From Candidatus Subterrananammoxibius californiae (GTDB taxonomy: Bacteria; Planctomycetota; Brocadiia; Brocadiales; Subterrananammoxibiaceae), in NCBI GenBank assembly GCA_030586555.1, contig JAURAC010000017.1:1-64000 (forward strand): a stretch of 64,000 nt of DNA, written 5' to 3'. Position 1 is the first letter of the stretch, and each line of letters begins with the position of its first letter. Below, piece after piece: positions 38,540 to 48,781 of the stretch. A program made the position numbers and the translations under genes. Below the pieces are notes generated by a model. It saw only the letters and a program-made list of their open reading frames with translations. It did not search any database and was not told where the DNA came from.

Positions 38540-38875
38540 TTCTTATTTAGCACATTAAATTGTGTACAGTTATTCGCTATTATTATATTCTAGCGAACGA
38601 GAGCATAAAAATCCATATGTAAGAAATTTCAACTTACGACAAATTTCTGGCAGGCAAAAAGCGGGCAGTTAGTTGACCTCTGAGACCCTGCTCGGATGTT
38701 CTGGTGTGAGACTATTTAGGTGCTTCTAAGGAAAATCTGGTGTCCATACGGTGTCCATGAGTGGGCTAAAAAGGGGTGAAAAGACCTGACAGAATCTATA
38801 ACAGAAACAATAAGAAATATTTGGCAAATAATGACTTGCGTGTATTTTCAATGACTTACGTAAAACCCTCAAAAC

Positions 38876-38917
38876 GGATTCGAAGTCCACTACTCTATCC
38901 AGTTGAGCTACGGGCGC
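38876..38917 (-). tRNA. 5' fragment of tRNA-Arg(TCG); 3' half missing
   Basis: GCGCCCG TA GCTC AACTGGATA GAGT A GTGGA CTTCGAA TCC, then unrelated sequence; upstream TTGAAG-17-TAAAAT promoter. Confidence 0.85.
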
Positions 38918-39050
38918 ATACCTTTTAATATATTTCAGGTAGACAACGGACTTTATGTCCGTTGAATCAACGAGGTAAAACCTCGTTGTCTACCTTTTTT
39001 CAAAAAGGTAAGGGCATTTTACAAAAAATTATAGGCATCTTCAAGCGAGT

Positions 39051-39998
39051 TTATGCACGAGGATGAAACGTTTTGTGGATAAGCTGGAGACGTTGCTTTT
39101 CAAGATGCGTGTATATCTGGGTTGTGGATATGTTAACATGCCCAAGCATTTCCTGAACGGAACGGAGGTCGGCGCCCCCTTCTAAAAGGTGCGTTGCGAA
39201 GGAGTGACGAAGTGTGTGTGGAGAAACCGTCGTCTTGACGCCTATCTGTCTAACATAATGCTTTACGATATGCCATATATTCTCACGTCGAAGTGGCTTG
39301 CCAGTACGCGAGAGAAAAAGGAGTTCGGAGTTCGGATTGTGGATTGCGGAATGCGGAATTTTTTCATTCCGCATTAGTAATCCAGGTCTTGCATCCAGCA
39401 AGTACCTTTTTATTGCTTCAATGGCTTTTATCCCTAAAGGGACGATGCGTTCTTTGCTTCGTTTGCCCTTGCATTTTATATAGCCGTAGTCTATATTAAC
39501 CCCGCTAAGGAGGATTCCTGCCACCTCAGATACCCTTGCCCCTGTGGCATAAAATAGTTCAAGGATGGCTTTGTTACGCATTTCTAATATCCTCCTGTTT
39601 GAACCAGGGCGTTTTGCGATTTCTACCTCGGGCGCAGTAAGCAATCGTTCGACATCGTTTTGACTGAGAACCTGGGGGAGTCTTTTCCAAAGCTTAGGTG
39701 GTTCAATCGAGGATGTAATGTCTTTTGGAATTTTCCCCTCACGGAAGAGAAACCTGTAAAGCATCCTTATTGCTACAAGGTTTCTCCAAACGCTGTTTAC
39801 CGATAGCCCCCTATCCTTCTCTGTAATCATGAAGCTGACCACAGTGTGCTGTTTGACCGTTTCAAACTTATCGAAGCCTTGTGTCTTTAAGTAGTTTGAA
39901 AACTTTTTAAGGTCGTTTCCATAGCTCACTACGGTATTCTTTGATAAGCCGCATTCTACTGTAAGGTAATCTAAAAAGGATTGAATTAATTCATTCAT
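39051..39998 (-). CDS. xerD: Site-specific tyrosine recombinase XerD
   Basis: ECGLSKNT..SY..DL, YATGARVSE, KERIVP, PHTLRHSFATHLL, QEMLGH, TTQIYTH. Confidence 0.9.
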   Translation of the reverse strand: MNELIQSFLDYLTVECGLSKNTVVSYGNDLKKFSNYLKTQGFDKFETVKQHTVVSFMITEKDRGLSVNSVWRNLVAIRMLYRFLFREGKIPKDITSSIEPPKLWKRLPQVLSQNDVERLLTAPEVEIAKRPGSNRRILEMRNKAILELFYATGARVSEVAGILLSGVNIDYGYIKCKGKRSKERIVPLGIKAIEAIKRYLLDARPGLLMRNEKIPHSAIHNPNSELLFLSRTGKPLRRENIWHIVKHYVRQIGVKTTVSPHTLRHSFATHLLEGGADLRSVQEMLGHVNISTTQIYTHLEKQRLQLIHKTFHPRA

Positions 39999-40012
39999 AA
40001 CTTTTCTCCATC

Positions 40013-41059
40013 TTACCCAATCTTTTTAGATAACTCTCTCAAGGATTCCATCATCTGTGGCAATTTCTTTATCAATGCCTGAATCCTCTTTTCAAGATTT
40101 ATAGGTTTTGCGGGCGAGCCCCATACTATTGAACCAGGTTCGAGACTTTTCTTAAAAACATTCGACCCGCCGCCAATTACACAATTATCACCTATTTTTG
40201 CATGGTCTGTAACGCCCACATCTTCGGCTATCATCACATTCTTGCCAATTACAGCCCCACCGGCTATCTTTGCATAAGCAATAAGCATGGAATCTTCGCC
40301 AATGATTACGTTATGCGCAATATGGGAGTGATTATCTATCTTAACGCCGCGTCCGATTACTGTCTTATCGAGGGCAGCTCGGGCAATGGTAACGTTTGCG
40401 CCAATCTCCACGTCATCCCCAATTTCAACCGTTCCAACCTGAGGAATCTTTACGTGACGTCTACAAGTCGGAGGAGACCCTTCGCTCCGCTCAGGGCGTG
40501 CCTGTAGATACCCGAATCCATCATCCCCGATGACCGTGCCTGCATGGATTATGGCACGCTTGCCTATAATCACCTCTTCTCTAATAGTAACGTTTGGATA
40601 TATTATTGAGTCATCCCCTATTGTGCTGTCATGTCCAACAAAAACATTCGGATATATGGTCACGCGGTCGCCTACCTTAACATCATCTTCTATGACAACA
40701 TAAGCGCCGATGGAAATATCTTTGCCAATTAAAGCATTCTTGGAAATAATTGCCGTGGGATGTATGCCCGTAGGTCTTTTTTGTTTTTCCTTTGAGATAA
40801 CTGCCAAAAATTTTGAAAAGGCAAGAAAGGGGTTATCCACAACAATGAGCGGCTTCTTCGCACCGTCAATCACCCTGTGAACAACAACTGCAGAGGCGTT
40901 TGTCTTTTGAATCCTGTCCACAAAGGCTTCGTCCTTTATGAAGGTGATGTCCCCCGGTGCGGCGTTATTGATGCTGCCAACCCCTATAATTCTGAGGTTA
41001 CTGTCACCTATAAGCTTCCCACCTATAATTGATTGGATTTGGCTAAGGGTATAGTTCAT
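40013..41059 (-). CDS. lpxD: UDP-3-O-acyl-glucosamine N-acyltransferase
   Basis: Hexapeptide repeats, GDDGFGY, KIPQVG.V.IGDDVEIGAN, HIAHNV. Confidence 0.93.
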   Translation of the reverse strand: MNYTLSQIQSIIGGKLIGDSNLRIIGVGSINNAAPGDITFIKDEAFVDRIQKTNASAVVVHRVIDGAKKPLIVVDNPFLAFSKFLAVISKEKQKRPTGIHPTAIISKNALIGKDISIGAYVVIEDDVKVGDRVTIYPNVFVGHDSTIGDDSIIYPNVTIREEVIIGKRAIIHAGTVIGDDGFGYLQARPERSEGSPPTCRRHVKIPQVGTVEIGDDVEIGANVTIARAALDKTVIGRGVKIDNHSHIAHNVIIGEDSMLIAYAKIAGGAVIGKNVMIAEDVGVTDHAKIGDNCVIGGGSNVFKKSLEPGSIVWGSPAKPINLEKRIQALIKKLPQMMESLRELSKKIG

Positions 41060-41226
41060 TGTTTGTACCCGTAATGGTGTCGTAATAATACCACACAGAT
41101 ATATCCATGTCAAATCGAACTTTCTAAATACTACTCATTTGACAACACCAACATGGTATGATACAATCTTTTATAATAGCTGACATAAGTATAGAAAAGA
41201 ACCTTAGATGGCAAGATTAGAAATTA

Positions 41227-41466
41227 GTGAGTCCGACAATATTTAGATATAAAGGATATCGGTTCTTTTTCTTCTCACGAGAGGAGAGGCGGATTCATGT
41301 TCATGTATATTGCCCAGATGGGGAAGCTAAATTCTGGTTAGAGCCAGTTGTTGCTTTGGCTAAAAACTATGGCCTGGCTTCAAAACAAATAAGAGAAGTG
41401 CAGGAAATTATTGAGGAACGACACGATGAAATCACAAAGGCATGGAAAAAACATTTCAGATGTTGA
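41227..41466 (+). CDS. DUF4160 protein (TA-like pair)
   Basis: GYRFFFFSREE..HVHV...EAKFWLEP; TTGACA-17-TACAAT promoter at 41139-41167. Confidence 0.85.
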   Translation: MSPTIFRYKGYRFFFFSREERRIHVHVYCPDGEAKFWLEPVVALAKNYGLASKQIREVQEIIEERHDEITKAWKKHFRC

Positions 41467-41701
41467 GGTCCAAAATATTTCTAATAATGGAATTTGGCTG
41501 TATGTAAACGGCAAGGAATATTTCTTGTCTTATAAAGAGTATCCCTGGTTCAAAGATGCTAAGGTATCAGATATATGCAATTTAGAATTGCTTCGCGACA
41601 ATCATCTCTATTGGCCAGATTTGGATGTTGACCTTGAGATAGATTCCCTTGAAAATCCAGAAAAATTTCCATTAATTTATAAGGACAACTATCGAGGCTA
41701 A
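41426..41701 (+). CDS. DUF2442 protein
   Basis: GIWL...EYFL...YPWF, HLYWPDLDVDL. Confidence 0.85.
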   Translation: MKSQRHGKNISDVEVQNISNNGIWLYVNGKEYFLSYKEYPWFKDAKVSDICNLELLRDNHLYWPDLDVDLEIDSLENPEKFPLIYKDNYRG

Positions 41702-41852
41702 ACCTTCAATTGTTAGTCGTCCATAATTCTATGCGGAATACTGGATACAGAAATACGAGATGATGAATACATTTCCCATATTTCTATGGAATTCTAATCT
41801 TAGAAGATTGTAAATAAGTAAAATCTCAAAATTGATGTAGTCATTTACTTAA

Positions 41853-43244
41853 TCAGTATTTATTCCCCTTGCTACTATTACAGCTCGAACAGAGCAATTG
41901 AGCATTTTCAATTTTTTTGCTTGAGCCACCTTTACTCCAAGGATATTTATGATCAACCTGAGCATCTTCAGGTGTTAAATTTTTTTTACATTTGCTATTA
42001 TTTGTTGGTTTTGGACATTTTGGCTTGTCAGTCTTTTCTCTAAGCTCGATCCAAAGAATGTCTTTCACATTTTTGTCAAAATATCTTTTTGCATCTTTAG
42101 TTTTTGTAAAAAAACCATCCTTCAAAACTGAGGATAAATATGTATCTCTTATTTCCCTATTTCCCTTGCTGTCTGTTGCTTGTCTTGTAGAATTGATGTA
42201 TGGAACTAATTGCTTTTCATATTCTGACAATTTAATCTCTGTAATTTTTTTCCCAGAATATTTGATGTCGAATTTTTGTGTCTGCTTCGAAAAAGTTAAA
42301 AGAAATCTGCCAGCTATTTTATTGCTCTTTTTATCGTCTATTACATATCCTTTTTGTTCCAATTTTTGTAAAACTACAAATAGAGAATAAAAATCAGATT
42401 TATTTTTAAACCTTGTAAATCTAATGCCATCATCGGGAAAGATTTCTTTAATCCAAGAAATTACCTTATTAAACTGTTTGTAAATTCTATTAATTTCCTT
42501 CTTCTTCCATTCGTGCTGTGACAACAACTCATCCAGCTTTTTCCTCCTATCTGAATAATCTCCCTCAGAACAAGCTGTACAAAGCTCCAAAATAAATTCA
42601 TGAAATAGATATCTATCTATGTCTGACTTTGAAATAATTCTCCATTTCAGAAATGGATTTTTATATTTTCTCTCTAATACAGAACCAAGTTCAAAAAATG
42701 GTCCTGCCCATAGCGCATGTCTAATCTCATGTTTTTCAAGTGGCGAACCAGTTGAATTTATCCTGACAAAAACTTCTTTTGCAGCCACATTACGGCCAAA
42801 AATATCAGATAAATCCCCTTCGTATTCAATTATAGGTATGGGATACTGCCAGAATTTATCAAGGATATCCTCATATTCTTTGTTGACTTTTTTTAAATGC
42901 AACTCATCAAAGTATAGGTAGTCTTCCTTACCCGTTTTTGGATTTTCAAATTCAACCCATAGCTTATCTTCATCTTTGAGGTTTATTTTTCCCATGAAAC
43001 GAAGTATTGTTTCAAGACGTTGTTTACCGTCTAAAACATCGTATACATCTTTTGCTTTATCGCGGCGGAAATGCTTGTGGAAAATTAATGCAGGTATTGG
43101 AATTCCATTAAATAAGGATGAAAGCAACAACTTTCTTTGTTTTGGTTTCCATGCTGGTTTTCGCTGATAGGGAGGATCAAGTTCAATTTGTTTATTGACA
43201 AACATATCTCTAAGCTCAGCAATTGTTCTTGTATGACATTTCAT
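41853..43244 (-). CDS. DUF262 (GmrSD-like) plus HNH endonuclease; probable modification-dependent restriction enzyme
   Basis: PPYQRKPAW, LDGKQRL, VFVRINS, VDHKYPWSKGG..N.QLLCSSCN; AT-rich. Confidence 0.85.
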   Translation of the reverse strand: MKCHTRTIAELRDMFVNKQIELDPPYQRKPAWKPKQRKLLLSSLFNGIPIPALIFHKHFRRDKAKDVYDVLDGKQRLETILRFMGKINLKDEDKLWVEFENPKTGKEDYLYFDELHLKKVNKEYEDILDKFWQYPIPIIEYEGDLSDIFGRNVAAKEVFVRINSTGSPLEKHEIRHALWAGPFFELGSVLERKYKNPFLKWRIISKSDIDRYLFHEFILELCTACSEGDYSDRRKKLDELLSQHEWKKKEINRIYKQFNKVISWIKEIFPDDGIRFTRFKNKSDFYSLFVVLQKLEQKGYVIDDKKSNKIAGRFLLTFSKQTQKFDIKYSGKKITEIKLSEYEKQLVPYINSTRQATDSKGNREIRDTYLSSVLKDGFFTKTKDAKRYFDKNVKDILWIELREKTDKPKCPKPTNNSKCKKNLTPEDAQVDHKYPWSKGGSSKKIENAQLLCSSCNSSKGNKY

Positions 43245-43417
43245 AAATCAGCACTCCTCTATTTTAATACATAAAAATGTGGCATTAGTCACCAAGTTAT
43301 TTTAAAGTATTTCATTTCACTTTGCCCACAATGAGCAGATAACTAAAAATAATCGAAATACTTTGTCTATGCTCTCCAATTGGCATATTTTGCGATGTGC
43401 TTCGATTATACATAATT

Positions 43418-43444
43418 TGGTCGGGGCAACTGGATTTGAACCAG
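43418..43444 (-). other. tRNA-Pro 3' fragment (att-like remnant)
   Basis: CTGGTTCAAATCCAGTTGCCCCGACCA with no matching 5' half. Confidence 0.75.
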
Positions 43445-43525
43445 AAACCTTACACCTTAGGCGGACGCTGTTAAGCGGCATATTTAGACAAAGTCGCAAA
43501 CACACTGTTGTCCGCCGTTTGGATT

Positions 43526-43747
43526 TTATCTAATCTTCTTTTCAAAAAATCTATTAAATCCTTTCTTTTGTTTTTTTTGTTCAAAGAATTTATACTCTTC
43601 ATGCTCCAACCTTTCTCGTAATAATTGCCTGATGGTATAGGAACGATTACCCATCCCTTTCCAATCCAACATTTCTACCATCCAATCTGGCAATAAGACT
43701 GAAATCCTCACTTGTTTTTCCCCCTTATTTCGTTTTGTCATAATCAT
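43526..43747 (-). CDS. CopG/ribbon-helix-helix protein
   Basis: VRISVLLPDWMVEMLD....NRSYTIRQLL; SD GAGGAGG. Confidence 0.7.
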   Translation of the reverse strand: MIMTKRNKGEKQVRISVLLPDWMVEMLDWKGMGNRSYTIRQLLRERLEHEEYKFFEQKKQKKGFNRFFEKKIR

Positions 43748-43783
43748 TATTAACCTCCTCTTTCTCCAAAGCCCTCCAAAGCC

Positions 43784-43864
43784 CTAAATTTGCAAACCCT
43801 CTTTTAATTCTTTATCTCCTGTCCATAAGACACCATCTAATTCCAGAGTTAAGGCAATAAACAC
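43784..43864 (-). pseudogene. C-terminal fragment of a PIN-domain gene
   Basis: VFIALTLELDGVLWTGDKELKEGL. Confidence 0.55.
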
Positions 43865-44092
43865 TGCAACGCAGAGAAGATGATGTTTGTGTAGATGATT
43901 ACATTCTCTATTATATTATAGTCCTCGATAATAAAAATTTTAAAAATAATTTATCGTAAGAGGGATGCACTAATCCGACCTGCCTGAGCATGAAATGGCG
44001 ACATGCCGTGGGCGGGCATGCCCCGAACCGTGTTTTTTTTCATATTATGCAATCAAATAGGTGTTGTCAATATAAAATCGTGGATTAGTACA

Positions 44093-45427
44093 TCAGGTAT
44101 GTAAAGAAGCGCTTCTTGTCCTCGCCCTGAATAAAAACCTTAAAGGCACCTCGGAAAAAGGAAACCTCTTGCGCAGGCAGTTGGCAAGGTATCGCTCATA
44201 ATCGCTGTCAAATAGTGATGGGTCGTTAACAAACAGTGCAATTGTTGGTGGACGGACGGAGACCTGTGTGCCGTAGTATATCCTTGGCATCTTATGCTTT
44301 TTTCTTGTGGGACGATGTACCGTAATAGCACCCTCAAGGGCTTTGTTTAGTTCGGCAGTGGGAATACGGGTGTTTGCCTGTTTAAAGAGTTCCTGTGCCA
44401 GATTGATTGTACTAATAACATTCTGTCCATCCTGTGCACATACAAATGAAAGGGGAGCAAATGATAAACCCTGTAACTGGGCATGAATATAATCGGCAAA
44501 TTTGCCTGTTTCAATACCTTCTGCAAGGTCCCATTTGTTTACAATAATAATGCAGGGCTTAAAATGTTCAACGATATAAGAACCTAACTTTTTATCCACC
44601 TCAGAAATCTTACTGGGCGCATCTAACATAAAGAGCACAACATCAGCCCTTCTAATAGACCTTTCTGCCCGCACCATACTGTAAAATTCTATTGAATCCT
44701 CAATCTGCTTCTTTTTCCGCACCCCTGGGGTGTCTATGGCAATGAACGTCTTACCATCAAGTTCAAATCTAACATCAATCGAATCCCTCGTAGTTCCTGG
44801 TATTTCACTGACAATTACCCTGTATTCATTGGCGAGGGTGTTAATCAAGGTGGACTTGCCTACGTTTCGCTTCCCCACGACTGCAAGCTTCATCAGCGGA
44901 ATAGCCAATTCTTCTAATGTGGTAGCAATTGGAGTAAGGAGAGAAACTATCTTATCCAGTAATGCACTACGTCCAAAGCCCTCGGTGGCAGAAAGCGGGA
45001 GTGGTTCTCCAAATCCGAGTTTGAAAAATTCCCCCAAAAATGGTTCTTGTTTTGGGGAATCTACCTTGTTGGCTATAAGGATAATTGGTTTATTTATTTG
45101 ACGGAGTCTTTCGGCTACTGTAATATCGAGGGGCGTAACCCCTTCACGAACGTCTACAACAAAGAGGATAAGGTGGGCTGTATCTATTGCAATCTGTATC
45201 TGGGTTTCTACCTCCTCCCTTAATTCTTCAACATCCTGAATACCTATTCCACCTGTATCAACAATCTCAAACAGGCGACCGCTATATTCGATTTCTGTAG
45301 AAACCCTGTCTCTTGTAACCCCACTGGTAGGGTCAACGATAGAGATGCGGCGTCTGGCAAGGCAATTTAGCAGGGATGACTTGCCTACATTTGGCCTGCC
45401 TATGATTGCAACGGTAGGAATATACAT
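44093..45427 (-). CDS. der: Ribosome biogenesis GTPase Der
   Basis: Two G domains (GRPNVGKS, GKRNVGKS, TRD, DTGG/DTPG). Confidence 0.96.
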   Translation of the reverse strand: MYIPTVAIIGRPNVGKSSLLNCLARRRISIVDPTSGVTRDRVSTEIEYSGRLFEIVDTGGIGIQDVEELREEVETQIQIAIDTAHLILFVVDVREGVTPLDITVAERLRQINKPIILIANKVDSPKQEPFLGEFFKLGFGEPLPLSATEGFGRSALLDKIVSLLTPIATTLEELAIPLMKLAVVGKRNVGKSTLINTLANEYRVIVSEIPGTTRDSIDVRFELDGKTFIAIDTPGVRKKKQIEDSIEFYSMVRAERSIRRADVVLFMLDAPSKISEVDKKLGSYIVEHFKPCIIIVNKWDLAEGIETGKFADYIHAQLQGLSFAPLSFVCAQDGQNVISTINLAQELFKQANTRIPTAELNKALEGAITVHRPTRKKHKMPRIYYGTQVSVRPPTIALFVNDPSLFDSDYERYLANCLRKRFPFSEVPLRFLFRARTRSASLHT

Positions 45428-45599
45428 AGTTCATGGCTTATAGAAAGGATTCAATAGAAAATTATAAATAGAAATTTAAAAAGTAAAATTCTATCATTTT
45501 AATTTTTAATTTCTCATTTAGATATTTCTATTTGGTTTTTTCTCTGCTCATAGCTCATAGTTCATAGCCATCAGCTATGAGCTAAGTTGTTATGAGTTA

Positions 45600-46799
45600 T
45601 CAGCTATGTTCCCCTTCAGTCTCTTCAGATTTTTCTTCTGTGTGTCCAGGGTTTTCCCCTGGCTTTTCCCCAGTTTCTGGCGCCTTTGTACTTCCGCCTA
45701 AGGTGGATTCCTCCTTCTTTTCCTCCATATATACATCGGTAATCTCAGTTCCATCAACTTCTTTCCTCATTAGAAAATAGATTATTGTTTTTGCAGAGAA
45801 GAGGAACGAACTGGCTATGCCCCCGATTATAAGGTTAGTCAATCCTATATAGAACATTATGAGAACAGCGGTAATCTTAAGTGTTTGAGTACTGAGTGCA
45901 GCCAAGCCTGTTGAGGTTTGCGCTGCTGCACCGGCATCTTGCGTGGTTGGTAAGTTTTTGACTACTCCCCTAATGGCATCAAACTTTTGTCCCATACCGA
46001 TGTTTATCGTGTCGAACGAAGTTTGAAAAACACAACATGCAACCAGCGCTATGAATAAGACAAGTGCGCCTCCTGAGACAATGGCGGTGAAACAATAACA
46101 TAATAGACTTTTTGGTTTAGTAATCGTATAACTATAGGCACGGCTCATTGCATCAAAGGCATCAGAACCCTCGGCGCTTATTGTAGGAAACATAAGTCCA
46201 AGACCTAAGAGTCCAACAAGGGCAATAAAAATAATAAGAAAGCTCGAAATGATGACCAATGGAAAGCCCAATCCAATAAAAAGCTCTCCAACAAATTTTA
46301 TCTGTCCAATAAGGCCGCCAAGTATATTGCAAAACATAAAGACCATTACGCCAACTGCGGGGGCAAGCGGCGCCCAAAAATAGGACCAGAATTTATTAGA
46401 AGCAAATTTAACGGACTCAGATAATTTTATTGATTCATTTCTTGCATATTCAACGGCAGAAAGACGTGTAATTGCCCCACCAACAAAAGACCAGATTATT
46501 AACAACCCAAGGACTAAAAGCACAATGGAAACACCATTGCCGAGGTTAAGTGACTTGATGGTTGATAAGAAGACTTTCCATAGCTGAGGGGCTCCGATAT
46601 GCGGTGAGCGGAACACATTGCTGAGAATTACTTCTGGGCCTATGGTAATTAGTTCCATAGAGCGAAGCAAGGCGATTATCACAACTGTCCAGATTAAACT
46701 GGCAGCAAATCCTGCAAAGCCTAAAAAAATCTTCTTTACATCAAAAGCAATCTTAAATGCACGAAAAACCTCTTTACAGCCACATTGGCATTCCTGCAT
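45600..46799 (-). CDS. Hypothetical multi-pass membrane protein
   Basis: Several TM segments, DAFDAMSRAYSY, acidic tail. Confidence 0.75.
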   Translation of the reverse strand: MQECQCGCKEVFRAFKIAFDVKKIFLGFAGFAASLIWTVVIIALLRSMELITIGPEVILSNVFRSPHIGAPQLWKVFLSTIKSLNLGNGVSIVLLVLGLLIIWSFVGGAITRLSAVEYARNESIKLSESVKFASNKFWSYFWAPLAPAVGVMVFMFCNILGGLIGQIKFVGELFIGLGFPLVIISSFLIIFIALVGLLGLGLMFPTISAEGSDAFDAMSRAYSYTITKPKSLLCYCFTAIVSGGALVLFIALVACCVFQTSFDTINIGMGQKFDAIRGVVKNLPTTQDAGAAAQTSTGLAALSTQTLKITAVLIMFYIGLTNLIIGGIASSFLFSAKTIIYFLMRKEVDGTEITDVYMEEKKEESTLGGSTKAPETGEKPGENPGHTEEKSEETEGEHS

Positions 46800-46900
46800 T
46801 TTTTCCTCCTTTCGCTATCTGATATTTGCCGTATAGTTCCACGCGTCACGCCCAGCATGACTCAGTGGAACAGAGAAGATTCCCAGAGTGAAAACTACCC

Positions 46901-47125
46901 TTAGCCTTTATCCCTTATATCCTCAAGTTCTTCATGATTCTTTTGTGTAGAGGATTTTTCTTCCACCTCTTGTGACACAGGAGATTCTATTCGATGTTTC
47001 TCGTCGAGCCAGAGACCTAAATCAATTAATTTGCACTGCTCACTGCAAAAAGGAAACGTAGGCACATCTGCAACGGAATTGTACCTTATTTCCTTTTGAC
47101 AATAACGGCAATTAATTGTAAGCAT
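46901..47125 (-). CDS. yacG: DNA gyrase inhibitor YacG
   Basis: CRYC...FPFCSEQCKLIDLGLW. Confidence 0.9.
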   Translation of the reverse strand: MLTINCRYCQKEIRYNSVADVPTFPFCSEQCKLIDLGLWLDEKHRIESPVSQEVEEKSSTQKNHEELEDIRDKG

Positions 47126-47126
47126 T

Positions 47127-47393
47127 TCACTTCTTTTCTTGACCTTTTGCATCGGGTTTCTCCGCCTTAGGCGTATCGTTTTCTGCCTTTATCCTTGACT
47201 TGTATTCGCTGCTCCGATAATCGGTTTGGTAAAAACCTGACCCTTTAAATAAAACAGCAGCACCGGCGCCAAGAAGGCGTTCTAATCTGGGTTCCCCGCA
47301 TTCGGGGCATTTCTTGATGGTTTTTTCAGATATTGACTGGAATAATTCAAATGTATGGTTACAAGCATTGCATCTGTAATCATAAGTTGGCAT
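47127..47393 (-). CDS. FmdB-family zinc ribbon protein
   Basis: MPTYDYRC..C, CPECG, FKGSGFYQTDY. Confidence 0.92.
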   Translation of the reverse strand: MPTYDYRCNACNHTFELFQSISEKTIKKCPECGEPRLERLLGAGAAVLFKGSGFYQTDYRSSEYKSRIKAENDTPKAEKPDAKGQEKK

Positions 47394-47455
47394 AGGTTTT
47401 TTCTGGTTACCACATCCGTAAAAGGAAGGTTTGAACCAGATGCTTCACCTCCTCC

Positions 47456-48574
47456 CTAAAAATAATTCTTCATTTTTCCAAATAATCCCTTTTTACGTGG
47501 GCTTGGATTCCGTTGTTCTAACTCAGCAAATTCCTTGAGCAGCTCTTCCTGTCGTGTCGTAAGTTTTGTTGGGGTTTCAATAACCAACTGAACCAGCAAA
47601 TTACCACGTCCATATCCGTGGACGTCAGGGAACCCTTCCCCTCGTATTGTTATTACATGGCCGCTTTGTGTGCCTCTTGGTATTTTAACCTTTGTAGAAC
47701 TGGTGAGAGTGGGAACTTCTATAACACTTCCCAGTACAGCTTGAGTAAAGCTGATTGGCACCTCACAAATTATATCATTGTTATGCCTCTCGAAGATTGG
47801 ATGTGGCTTGACGTGTATGTCGCAATAAAGGTCTCCGCGTGGCGCTCCATTCTCACCAGCCTCACCCTGACCAGGAATGCGAAGCCTTGTACCCTCGTCA
47901 ACCCCTGCGGGTATTTGCACGGATATACTGGTTTTTTTGGGATATCGTCCCGACCCACCGCATTTATAACAAGGTGTTTCAATAATCGTTCCTTTGCCCC
48001 TGCACCTGGGGCATGTAGTACGCAGCATAAAAAACCCCTGGCTCTGCTGAACTTCGCCTCTGCCACCGCAATACGAGCAAGTAATAGGACGCGTACCCTC
48101 TCGAGCGCCTGTGCCGTTGCATTTCTCGCAAGGTTCCCTTCTTGTTAACTCGATTGTCTTTTCTACGCCCTTCGCAACCTCGACAAAATCCACTTCTATG
48201 TCGCATTTAAGACTTGCTCCCCTATGAGGCTCATGTGCGCGGGCTCTCCCGGCGCCAAAGAAATCCTCAAAAATACTCCTACCGCCAAAGACGTCTCCAA
48301 AGGCATCAAAGATATCTTCAAAGGTGCTGAAACCATGCATCTCTGTGCCTCTAAGCCCATCGTGGCCAAACTGGTCGTATCGTTGTCTTTTTTCAGGGTC
48401 TCCCAGTACCTCGTAAGCTTCTGCAGCCTCCTTGAACTTCTGTTCGGCTTCCTTGCTCCCAGGATTTCTGTCTGGATGATATTTGAGGGCTATTTGCCTG
48501 TAAGCCTTTTTGATGTCTTCCTCGGTGGCTTTTCTATTGACGCCTAAAATCTTATAATAATCGTCTTTTACCAT
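47456..48574 (-). CDS. dnaJ: Chaperone DnaJ
   Basis: HPD J-domain, four CxxCxGxG repeats. Confidence 0.96.
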   Translation of the reverse strand: MVKDDYYKILGVNRKATEEDIKKAYRQIALKYHPDRNPGSKEAEQKFKEAAEAYEVLGDPEKRQRYDQFGHDGLRGTEMHGFSTFEDIFDAFGDVFGGRSIFEDFFGAGRARAHEPHRGASLKCDIEVDFVEVAKGVEKTIELTRREPCEKCNGTGAREGTRPITCSYCGGRGEVQQSQGFFMLRTTCPRCRGKGTIIETPCYKCGGSGRYPKKTSISVQIPAGVDEGTRLRIPGQGEAGENGAPRGDLYCDIHVKPHPIFERHNNDIICEVPISFTQAVLGSVIEVPTLTSSTKVKIPRGTQSGHVITIRGEGFPDVHGYGRGNLLVQLVIETPTKLTTRQEELLKEFAELEQRNPSPRKKGLFGKMKNYF

Positions 48575-48781
48575 TTTTCGAGTCGTGAGTTTTAAGTTAA
48601 GCGTTGAGAATTGCGAGTCGAGAGTTGCAAGTTACGAGTTGGCGCATTAACTCTTAATTCACAACTCTTAACTCCTATAATATATATGATATTGATAAAA
48701 AGTCAAGTGCTGTATTGGAAGGGTTGCTATGAACAAAGGTATATTGTAGGAGCAGGATGATCATGCCCCTACATAGGATAT

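Noticed and set aside
39051..39998. Tyrosine recombinase as the island integrase
   Set aside because: It has housekeeping XerD features, follows lpxD and lies outside the tRNA junction
43317..43505. 62-aa ORF or a complete tRNA-Pro
   Set aside because: The ORF merely crosses a tRNA fragment; the D-arm and acceptor 5' strand are absent
43960..44070. GC-rich hairpin and 30-codon ORF behind a TTGACA-17-TAATAT promoter
   Set aside because: No recognisable RNA family or SD, and it resembles local palindromic repeats; support is insufficient
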